This document shows positions 23,991-34,552 of a stretch of DNA of 64,000 nt, piece after piece. The stretch comes from Naegleria gruberi (lineage: Eukaryota), in assembly GCA_000004985.1 (NCBI GenBank), contig GG738861.1, one strand, 5' to 3'. Numbering within the stretch: position 1 is the first letter of the stretch; every line of letters starts with the position of its first letter. Under the pieces are notes generated by a model. It made no database searches and was not told where the DNA came from. It saw nothing but the letters and a program-made list of their open reading frames with translations. A program made the translations under genes and the position numbers.

Positions 23991-24957
23991 ATGACTGGAC
24001 TGTGGGTACTTGCTTCATGTCAAATTCATTCAACCATTTCTGATGACGACTTGATGCTGTCAAATCACTCGCTCAGCAAATTCACAACATTCCAGATGCC
24101 TTCATAATTGTTTTGACAGGTGCTGGATTGTCAACTTCATGTGGCATTCCAGATTTTAGAACTCCAGGTAAAGGACTCTTTGTAAATGGCTCACTCGGTA
24201 AGTTTCAAGTCAAAGATCCAACATCAATATTCGAAATTGGTTATTTCAAAGAAAATCCAATTCCATTTTTTGAGAGAATGAAGAATTTCATTGCCACCGA
24301 TTACAAACCATCGAAAACTCATTTCTTTATCAAGCTATTGCAAGATAAGGACAAGTTAATGAGATTGTACAAGCAAAATATTGATGGATTGGAGAGAAAA
24401 AGTGGAGTTTCAGATGACTTGTTGGTGCATTGTCATGGAAAATTGTACACCTCTCATGGCATGCATTGTAAAAAACAATTTACTTTACAATATTTAAGAG
24501 ATGAAATTACAAGTAAAGGTGAGAAGTTCAAATTCCCAAATGCAATGTTTGTGGAAATATTGTAAAACCTTATGTAGTTCTGTACGGAGAGTTGATTTAC
24601 CAGACAAATTTGGAGAATGTGTTTTTCAAGATTTGAAAAAACACAAAAATTGTAAACTATTCATTGTGATTGGAACCATTTTACAAGTTTATCCAGTTGC
24701 CCTCCTTCCAGAATACGTACCTCATGGAACGATGAGAGTTTTAATCAATAGAGATCGATGTGGAGGATTTTACAATATTCAATCAGCCATTAGAGAATGT
24801 GATGTGAAGAATAATCATTTGGATTTATATTTATATATTTATATTTGGGAGGAGCTGATCAACCATTGATGGATGTGTGGAATTGTTAGTGAGAGAATTG
24901 GGATGGGAAGATGAATTGATGGAAAATTCCACTTTGGTGGGCATGAATAATTTGTAA
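23991..24957 (+). pseudogene. Sirtuin (SIRT2-like class I) gene with at least 4 single-nucleotide frame disruptions
   Basis: IIVLTGAGLSTSCGIPDFR, QNIDGLE, HG..YTSHC, C..C, VKPxVVLYGE and LFIVIGTILQV form a sirtuin core spread over 4 reading frames. Shifts occur near 24041, the A-run at 24538-40, the T-run at 24622-26 and the CC at 24863-64. Confidence 0.55.
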
Positions 24958-25104
24958 AACCAAAAATCAAATCATTCCTCATAGGATTTCTCTGATTTAG
25001 AACTCTCTTTAAGCTTAATAAACTTGATAAGATGGTTTATCTCAATATAAAAACTATTACACATCCAATAATACTCACAAATTGTTGTTTATATATATAC
25101 ATAA

Positions 25105-26388
25105 TTAATTTTGGAGAGTGCGTGCACCACAAACCATTGTTAAGATCTCCTTCTCTGGTTTTACTTGTTCAGCTACCATATCCCACTTTTTTGCAGCATA
25201 GCGTAATTGATTAACAGGTTTACTGACCTCATGACGCTCAAACTCTGTTTGAAAGTAAGTTTTCCACTTTAACTTTTGCAAATAAGCTATTTTTGCAGGT
25301 GCATTTTGACTATGGAGATCAATAACCTCAAACAATCGATTGGCAATGTCAACAAAATCTGGTGAATGTCCTTCGACTGTTACAATGGCATGCAATAGGA
25401 GGGTACGAGCATATTCACTAACTGCCTGCAACAAAGTGACTGAATTATATTCAGTGAATTCTGCAGTAGCTTCCTTAAAAGCACTTGCAAGGGCATCATA
25501 ATAAGCGCCTGTAAACACCTCTGATAAGAAGGGGCCCTCTTCCTCACCCTGAGAAATTTTGTAATCATTATCAGCCTTACGGAGATAACCAGGCATTCCC
25601 AATGAAATACCAAATTCCTCAGCCAAGTTAGAAGCAAAGTTGTTTGCTGAAGCATGAAGGTTACCCAATGTTAAATTAATTAAAGCTCTAGCCATGGCAT
25701 CATCAGCAAATACGAAACTTAAGGCAGAAATATCACCAAATGCTTGATGAAGACTACCAGTTTGCACATTTCTAGAATCATTGAATTCTGGACGCAAATG
25801 ATCCAGTACATAATGTCCAGTTTCATGAGCAACAATGTCAGATGATTGACATGTGTAAATTGTATCTCCTTTGTCATCAGTGAAATAACCAAACTTTAGT
25901 TCAATACTACCATTACCACGAGAATAATAAGAATTCTTTTCGTCTTCCAAACCATATGGACTGATTTGGAGAGTACCACTTGGCATCTTATTCCAGTATT
26001 CAGCTGCCTTACTCAACTTTTTATCATCAGGGAATGTTTTTCTCAATGCATTGACAGTGTCTCGCCACATATTTGCAGTCAACTTGGCAGCTGTGAAAGT
26101 ATGTAACATATCAAATCCTGGAGTACGTGGAATTAACTTGTCAATCTGAGACATTTTAATCTTTCCACCAACAATACTCATCTCAGCATCTTGAGGACCA
26201 TCTTTAAAGACTTGGGGGACGTAACATTTCTCTATCATTTCGAGGAGAGGTTGGTTTCGTGTAACGCTAATATCCTGAGGGTAAAATCTCAAAACAGTGC
26301 CCTCCTCCTCAGAGGTAGCTGAAGCAGTAGCATTGATGGGTTTGTTTGTACGTTGTTCTGGCAGATTTTTTTGGATTTGAGATGACAT
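25105..26388 (-). CDS. Putative zinc metallopeptidase (HExxH)
   Basis: 427-aa ORF with VAHETGHYVLDH (HExxH). Single exon. First ATG at 26388. Confidence 0.5.
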   Translation of the reverse strand: MSSQIQKNLPEQRTNKPINATASATSEEEGTVLRFYPQDISVTRNQPLLEMIEKCYVPQVFKDGPQDAEMSIVGGKIKMSQIDKLIPRTPGFDMLHTFTAAKLTANMWRDTVNALRKTFPDDKKLSKAAEYWNKMPSGTLQISPYGLEDEKNSYYSRGNGSIELKFGYFTDDKGDTIYTCQSSDIVAHETGHYVLDHLRPEFNDSRNVQTGSLHQAFGDISALSFVFADDAMARALINLTLGNLHASANNFASNLAEEFGISLGMPGYLRKADNDYKISQGEEEGPFLSEVFTGAYYDALASAFKEATAEFTEYNSVTLLQAVSEYARTLLLHAIVTVEGHSPDFVDIANRLFEVIDLHSQNAPAKIAYLQKLKWKTYFQTEFERHEVSKPVNQLRYAAKKWDMVAEQVKPEKEILTMVCGARTLQN

Positions 26389-27002
26389 TTTCAACTTTTT
26401 TTATATGAAAAACTTTGAATGTTTTGAGTATTTATTGTTGAATTATATGAAATATTGGACGAATTTGGAATGATTCCATTTTAGTAATACCAAGTTAGGT
26501 TAGTGCTGAATTTTTACTTTTTCCTTTGCAGATTTTTAAATTGGAAAATAGTAGAAGATATTTCGAAATACAAATTATCCATAGCTCTTATTAGATGGAT
26601 ATTTATTGTTACAAAGTGTCCATAGCTCTGTTCAAAATTTTTGATTGGAATATTGCAGTTGTTTGCAAACAACTCAACGCTCACATGAAATATCAAACAG
26701 TCTTTATCAGCACTTCATCATATATTTCTAATGTTTGCAGTAATTGAACTATTGGTGGTTGGAATTTTGTTAAATCTGTGAAATATTAGCACAATCATCT
26801 AATGAATAGGAAGTTAAGTTGGTGACAAAAGTTGATAAAAACATTAAATCGCTCCTCATGGAGTGAAACTTCTCATTTTCGTGACTTGTAAAAACGTGTT
26901 CCATATCAAACTTTCATATTATTGTAAACTCTCAATGTTTTCGAACCTGTTGTCTCATTGTTTTTACTATAAATAAATAACATTATATTTTATTTTTTTC
27001 AT

Positions 27003-27749
27003 TTGAAAAATCAGTCTGACTTTGGCAAGTTTGAACCAATTCAAAAATCAGCAGAGTTTTTACCTGCCACTTTTCTAGTCCAGGCTGGACTTGTGACTAT
27101 TCGACACGATAACCAAATGATAATGTTGGATATACCAAACGACGAAATTATGTTAGCATTTTGTGAAAGATTAATCTCGAAATCTCTACCAAAAAGTTTA
27201 TTATTTCAACATGCAGAAAGATGTACCACTCACATTAATAACAATGACCCACGAGCAACTTTCAAGTTTTTTAGCATGTATTCCCTTTTCGTCAATGGAC
27301 ACTATTGCTAAATATGAGGTTTATTATCACACATGCATTTTTATGTTAATGTCTTTGATGGACTTTGATGTGACTTGTCAAGATTGGACAAACACTGGAA
27401 TAATAGACCTTGTTGTGATTGAAGAAACATTTATTTGGATAATTGAACTCAAGGTAGACAAATATGTAGGTTCTTGATTGAACCGATGATTCAAAAGCAA
27501 AAGCAGTATTTTGAAAAATATAAGAATTTCAATAGACAGATCGAATATATGGACATTATTATTAACAAAAGAACTTTTGAATGTGAAACCTTACCACAAA
27601 ATGAAAATATATCATTGTGCAAAGATCGTGAAGGAATTGTCGCTCCATCACCATCAAAACAAGTCATAATCAAACCAACTCTAAAAAGAGCTCAAGGAAT
27701 TCTAACCATTGGAAATGTTTCATTAGATAAAGGTAATCCAAAGAGTTGA
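27003..27749 (+). pseudogene. Fragment of a DUF1703/PDDEXK_9 (PD-(D/E)xK nuclease-fold) protein, frameshifted and lacking the AAA-ATPase-like N-terminal half
   Basis: IPNDEIMLAF ... EVYYHTCIFMLMSL ... TNTGIIDLVVIEETFIWIIELKV ... QKQKQYFEKY matches the PDDEXK_9 pattern (E.YH motif, G.GR.D(I/L) hhhh ... hIIE(F/L)K, C-terminal KkYyeky). No ATG. Three consecutive ORFs in frames 0/+1/0. Confidence 0.4.
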
Positions 27750-28330
27750 ACTATGGAACAAATCCGAATGGTATTATTGGACAATGGGTTGAATGAAGAA
27801 GATATACTAAACAACTTGAAAGGATTTGTTTTGGAAATTATTGTCGATGCATTGATTAATTTTAACGGTGACATGCAAGCTAAAATCAAACATGTTTGTA
27901 GTATATTATCTGAGATGCAATATTCTTTTGTTATTGCACAGTCTCTTGTTAGGTGGTCCTTTAACAACTTGGTTGAGTATAAATGCTCAAAGAAAATCTA
28001 AGGAAAGATCATATATGAAGTGAGTTTGAGGAATTTTAATCTTAAAATCCCTTAACAAATTGTGATGAACTCCACGATCAGTCTGCTTTTTTTGCTGTAT
28101 TGACTTTGAAAAAAATACTTTACGGAACAAGGCTTTGTTGTTGATGATGGAACATCAAGAATTGTTTGCGATATTCGATCAGAAAAAACCGCAGCTATCA
28201 TTATCATCGTAATGGAGGTAAAACCTGAAGAAGGTTGGTATTTTCTCATAATAACAATAATAATTAATGAAATGAATTGCTAATTAATAGAGAATATTAT
28301 ATTTTCGGATGATGTTTGTTTTGAAATTAT

Positions 28331-28672
28331 TTGCATGATTCGTGGTTTATTTTGAATAATTGTTCTTTAATTTCAAAACAATGGTTTAATGTGATCAAGG
28401 AACGTTCAAAACTTGTTATTCAATTTAAAAAACAATTTACAGAAAATAGAATTGAATTGTTAATGAAAAGTCAATTCATGAATAGTATTGTAAATATTAA
28501 GTTTTCTAATAGGTTGCTTAACTCTCCAGATAAAGTTAAATTCATAAGTGAAATGAAACAATTAACATCACTTAATATTGCTAACAATCAAATTGGTGTA
28601 GAAGGATCCAAATTCATACATGAAATGAAACAATTAACATCACTTTATATTGGTGCTATTAGCGTAGAATAA
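28331..28672 (+). pseudogene. Truncated paralog fragment of the F-box/LRR gene family (no start codon)
   Basis: CSLISKQWFNVIKERSKLVIQFKKQF...MKQLTSLNIANNQIGVEGSKFI is similar to the N-terminus of the 19378..21049 protein. Stop 6 nt upstream and no ATG. Confidence 0.45.
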
Positions 28673-28901
28673 AACGTGAAACTTTATTAATGTCTCGTAT
28701 CAATAACAGCCTGAGACCAAATCTTTAGACTAACTAAGATTCTTGGTTTTGATTCGTTGTCTTATCACTAAATAGGATGCTCCGATAGTGCTTTAATATA
28801 GTCTTTTCATCTTTACAATAATTTTAAAGTTCAAATTTCTCCCAAAAAACCTTCCAAGTCTGGATATTACGACTGTTCAATCTTTTAATATCTTTAAAAA
28901 A

Positions 28902-29898
28902 ATGTCATCACTTTCTGATGTTTACCACTCACCCGATATTCTCTCTCATGTCTTCTCCTTTTTACCACTGCCCAGTATTGCCATTATGGAGAGATCTAGC
29001 AAATATTTTGCAGAAATGTTGAGAGCAGATTATTTTGATAAGACAATTTACAATGACACTATTTGTAAACTATTTAAAATTGATGCAAGGTTTATGAGAG
29101 AGGAAATGCCATTGCACAATTTTAATCAGTTTTTAAGAGGAGAGAATTGTAGAGAATTATTGAAAGAGTTTTATCAAGCACCATTCATAGGTGGTTATCA
29201 ATATGTTGACTTTGCAAGTATGGATTCCTATTCGGATAAGGGAGGTGTCATTGATTTTAGTTTGTATAGTCCTTGTAAATTATTGAAGTGTGTTAAAACA
29301 TTGTAGATTTGATTTGGATGACTATCTTAGGAGAAAACTGCATAAATTTGTGTTAATTGCTGCAGTTTCTAGGTGGGATTTGGATGAGAAATCGAAATTT
29401 CAAATTGGAATACCAGATAGAGAGTTGGCATTCAATTTCGATGAAAGGGATTATTCAGCTGATTCGTTTCCAGTCACTCAATACTCAATGGGAAAGGGTT
29501 TAGTAATGATGTTCAATGATTTTAAAGAGATTGAATCCACTCATTCCATTGCCATTTCAGCATCAGGAATAGAAGATAGTGTTGCTTTCTATTCTGAAAT
29601 ATTAAGAAATGCTAAACCAAATGAAATGTGGTCTGACATCTTTGCTAAATGTTCAAATCCACCCTATGGGTTGAGAATTAATACAACTGAGGACATTGCA
29701 AACCTAATCACTGAATATTACAATGATCATGATGGAAGTTGTGAAAATTATTGTTGGGATGAGTATTTATTAGAAGGAAATAGCTCATGGTCATTATATT
29801 GGCTTTCTGGTGCAGAGTGGTGGGGATGCTATTCACTCACTTCGTACGATTTCACAAAGGAGAGATTTGTCGTGGCCACTGCTTCCACTACTGATTAA
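28902..29898 (+). CDS. F-box-like domain protein, unknown C-terminal domain; +1 frame change near 29290-29306
   Basis: ILSHVFSFLPLPSIAIMERSSKYFAEML is F-box-like. The two overlapping ORFs (28902..29306 and 29290..29898) are contiguous in sense. Confidence 0.4.
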
Positions 29899-30045
29899 AA
29901 CTTTTCAAAAAGCAAGTAAATTTGATTAAGACCATTCATTATTGAAACACTTGGAAAACCAAATCACATTAAAAGATTGAGATACGAGTGATATTGAGAA
30001 TTATTGGTGGTTTTTATTACACATCATCAAAAGAATTAACTGATC

Positions 30046-31655
30046 TTAAACCAAATTGTGAGTTGGCAAATTTGTTGCACTAACAGTACATGGTGTAGTA
30101 TCTGGAGTGACGTAGGTATTAGTAGTGAATTTCAATGGAGTCAAAGAGACACCACCAATAGTACTATCAAAGGTCAATTCAACCATAGCAGCAGTCCATC
30201 CACTTGTTGGATTATTAATTAAAACTTGCCATTCGAGTGATTTAGTTTCAATTAAGGTTTGATTTTGCCAAACATTGGATCCAATGGTGGTAGTTCTGAA
30301 ATCGTGTGCAGTTGGATTGGTGGCGTACCAAACTTTAACACTGGATGGCTTAATTCCATTACTAACTGAAACATAAATGACAACACCTGCATTCACATAT
30401 TCATGAGAGAAACTGTACTTTGGAAGAATTTGATTATTCAATCTGGAAGTGTAGAATGTTCCAAGAACAGCAAGAACATCAGTGTTGAGCATGTAGTGAC
30501 CAGTGTTTGGAAGGAAACGAACATACTTTTCACCCTTAATCTTTGAATAGGAAAGTGCATTAAGATCTCTATACATTAAGGTGAGATTAAATTATGAAAT
30601 TATGAAAGAAAACTTACGGAGCAAAGAATTCATCACCCATAGAAAGTATTTGATACTTTGGAATAGTTTGCAATCTAACATAATTAGCTGGATCAACAAT
30701 ATCTGTCAAACTGTCAAAAACATCATTGAAAAGATAATCAATGACACCTGCAGAAACATAATCATGGAAAGCAAGAGGCCAAGCACATAAATTATTATAA
30801 GTTCTCAAAATGAAATCTCTTGTTCCAAATACAGGAATAACCATTGGAGCAATTGCAGAAACTCTTGAATCAACTGCAGCCAACAACAAGGTGGTCCATC
30901 TGATATTCAATAGGAGGAGATTAGTTAATATATTATTCGAATGGTTAATAATGAAAGTGATGAAAAAGAACTTACCCTCTCTTTGAAGCACCACTAACAA
31001 AGAATGTTTCAACATTATGATTAACTTGTTTCTTAACAAAAGCAACAACAGCATCCATTGCCATCTTACTTCCCTTAACTTGAGGTAATTGAGTAACATA
31101 CAATAAATTAGATGGATCACTTGTATTACTCATGAAACGATTCCAACCGAATCCAATAATAGCATCTTCAGTTCTACTAGTATGAGTAGAATCAGAAGCA
31201 TAGGTAATTGGTTGATTTGGTACAATATATACAATAGCAGTAATACTCTTTGTGGTAACTGCAAGATTATAAGTGAAGGAAGGAACATAAATTGGTGAAG
31301 CTGATGAATCAGTTGCTCCAGGAACATCAGCATTGGTATTACCATTTGTGATAAAGAAGAAACTTTCATGATTATTCTTATTCAATTCATTTGGAATTGT
31401 AATTTCCAAATAATGGAACCAGGTGTGAGCTGAGCCAACCTCTGATTCAGGCAACCAAGTGAGAGAGGTAACATTCAATGTGTAGATGGTAGCACCAGTG
31501 ATGGTTCTACTACTGATTAATTTGTAGGCATAAACACTTTCTGGTAAATTAACATAGTTTCCCAAAGATTGTTTGAAATTGACTGAAGTTGAGTGGACGA
31601 AACTGCACAAACAGACCATGAGAATGGCCATAATCACAATATTTAACTTGTTCAT
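30046..31655 (-). CDS. PhoPQ-activated pathogenicity-related (PqaA)-family alpha/beta hydrolase, secreted; exons 30976..31655, 30618..30899, 30046..30568
   Basis: Signal peptide MNKLNIVIMAILMVCLCSFVHS. Nucleophile elbow VSGASKRG|WTTLLLAAVD is split by intron 1. Two GTAAGT..AG introns with consistent phases (2, 2). Confidence 0.6.
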
Positions 31656-32619
31656 TGTTAAATAGTATTGTTTTGTTTTTTTAAAGTTTAATACATAGTG
31701 TTTGCTCCAGCACAATGTTTTTATTGTGTTGGAGCATTTATTTAATTATGGCATTTGATTGACAGTTTTGGTTTATTATGCGCTTAATTTTCCTTCATGT
31801 GTTGTGTGTTTACAACTTTTCGCAACTATTGCATTAACACTTTAATAATAATAGAGTAATAGATCTATTTATGGAAAGTTTCAATAGTTTTCAGAACTCG
31901 TAAAACAAGCTTTAAGGTATAATAACAATGCTTTTGCTGACAATCAATATTATGTTTTTGGCTAAGATGATACACTAAAGGAATTCTTCTGTTTAGAGCA
32001 ATGCGTAATCATTAGTTAATAGTTAAGACGAAATATTTCCAATAACTGCGTCTCGTCAAGCAGAGTCTGTGCATGGTATGCAAAACTGTAGTGGTATCTT
32101 TTGTAATATACCTTAATCATGAATACATTAATGGCAGACGATCTTAACCTTAATAATTTCTATTCAAAAAACAATTTACCTATGAGTAATTCCTTATTAC
32201 AATTTGAACTGTTTAAGAAATTCAATGCAATAAACAACAGCTTCAAATTCATCTTGTTTTCCTCTTTCCAATATCTAAAAGATCATTTAGTTAACTTTCC
32301 TCACCTTCCTCCTACAGAGGAGCAAGGGAGAAACGAATATTGAAATCTCTTCCTCTTCATTGAATACTCTCAACACATTGCCCTCCAGTAAAATTTGTGA
32401 AATCAAAAGACCCTGGAAAATTCTCAAAGGATAAAAAATTAAGCAACAAGTTGAATTGGATTATGTGAATGTTTAGCAAAGAGTACCATTTAGGAAATAG
32501 TATTACTTTGCAAATACCACCCATTATAATAATCATCATCTCTGTTCTAATGATTATAATGGGTGGTCACTAACACAATTTTCAAATGATTAGTGACAAA
32601 TCAACACAATTAAAAAAAA

Positions 32620-34388
32620 ATGAGAGTCCACCAACACAAATGTTCAGTTTGTCTTGAAGATGACGATGAAGAATTGGCACTCTATTCCTGTGTTCAATGT
32701 AATGTCAAATTATGTGATTTCCACAAGAAGAAACACTCAAAAAAATATTCCACTCATGAAATTAGTCCACTTTCAGATCAAATTTGTCCTCAACACAATT
32801 TAGCCATAAATATTTATTGTAGAACTTGTGAGAGTTTGGTTTGTCCAACGTGTGGTTTTACAAAGGAACATAAAGGACATGATTGTGCTCTGATAGATGA
32901 TGCAAGTGAAGAGGAACGAATCTTATTGCCGAAACTAGTGGATGAACTAACTTTGAAAATTGAAGAATGGCATAAGGAGAAGGGTAGTTCACAAGATGAA
33001 GATTTAAAAACAGAGTTGAGTGTTATTGAAAAGAAGAAAATGGATTTGAAAGAACAAGTTTGTCATGAAATTGAAAAGATGAAACAAAAATTGGAATTGA
33101 GAAAGGAAGAATTGAATAGGGAAATTGATACAAAATGTAATGAAAAGAGTTCTATTGTGAATAATCTGATTTCCTTCAAGGAAAAGACTCTAGATTTGGA
33201 ACGAACTTTTAAGGAAATTGACAATATGTCAAATTTTGAAATGATGTTTGCCAAGGTTGTTAAATACAATCAAGTTAAGAAGGATTTCAAATTGGCAACT
33301 GAAAAGGAACTATTCACTCACTTATCAGATCTTCATAACATTGATCTCATTAACTTTTACACAATTGTCAGTCAGGTAATTACCGTCGTTGAGAAAATGG
33401 GAAAGATTAAAGCAGAATCCATTCAAAAGAAAGATTTAAAAGTGGAATTCACCAATCTAGGAGCAGAAGGAAGAACTGGTCCCACACAGATTGGGAATTT
33501 TTACAATAACAATCTTCACATGAAAGATAAGGTCACTCTCATTAACAGTGGAATTCAACAGTGGACAGTTCCATTCACTGGAAAGTATAAAATCATTGCT
33601 GCAGGTGCATGTGGTGGATCAAATCCTTCCAATGGAAAGAGAGGAGGTTACGGAGCTATCATTTCAGGTGATTTCACTTTGGAAAGGAATACAATTTTAC
33701 AAATACTTGTTGGTCAGCAGGGAAGTTCTGCTATTGGTGGAAGTGGTGGTGGTGGTGCAGGTGGTGGTGGTGGAACATTTATTTGCTCAATTGGTAATAA
33801 TAGCAGCAAGAAAATTGAGAATTCTTCTCCAATCTTGTTAATTGCAGCAGCTGGAGGAAATGGTGCTAGTTGGAGTAGTTGGAAAACGAATGGACCTGGT
33901 GGTAGATTACCAAAAGCTCAAGATGCTTCACTCTCAATTGGAAAAGCTGGTAGAGGAAGTGGTGGTGCTGGATGGATTAATGATGGAGAAATGGATAAAA
34001 CTTCCACTAATGGATTTGGTGTCAGTTTCTGTAGAGGTGGTCAAGGTGGTAGTTATAATGGTTCTTATGGAGCCAATGGTGGATTTGGTGGTGGAGGTGG
34101 TAAGTTACTTCAATTCCACATTTATTTACAAATATTTTACAATTATTTTACAATTATGAATATATTCATATTATTATGATTTTAATTTCAAATTAATTTA
34201 AATAAGCTTCTGTACATGAAGGTGGAGGTGGTGGAGGTTATATTGGTGGATCATGTGTTCCTGAGAATAAGTATGATATACCATTTCCTGATTATGGAGC
34301 TATTTCATTTAATGGAGGAATTAATCAAGATGGAAAGGAAGATGCTAATAGTACACATGGATATGTAACTATTCAATTACTTCAATAA
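32620..34388 (+). CDS. B-box zinc-finger / coiled-coil protein with C-terminal glycine-rich (polyglycine) domain; exons 32620..34099, 34222..34388
   Basis: Two Cys/His B-box-like clusters (CSVCL..CVQCNVKLCDFHKKKH; CPQHN..YCRTCESLVCPTCG..HKGH), a K/E coiled coil, then GG/GGG-rich C-terminus (GSGGGGAGGGGGTF ... GGFGGGGG|GGGGGYIGGSC). GTAAGT..AG intron, phase 1. Confidence 0.6.
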
Positions 34389-34552
34389 TAAAATGATTTA
34401 CAATATTATTATCCACCATTCAGATTTTCTATAAAGTTAATGTGGTTTCAAGAGAATTGTCAATACTGATTGTCTTGTTGTATCTCAATGTTGGGAGAAT
34501 CTATTTTCCAAACTAAACTTTAAACTTATTCGAAATGTCATATTAAAAAAAA

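Noticed and set aside
33548-34159. Two V/E-rich plus-strand ORFs (33548..33841, 33842..34159) in the B-box gene
   Set aside because: These are alternative-frame readings of the GGT/GGA-rich glycine-repeat DNA. The Gly-rich frame is continuous with the upstream domain and with the downstream exon.
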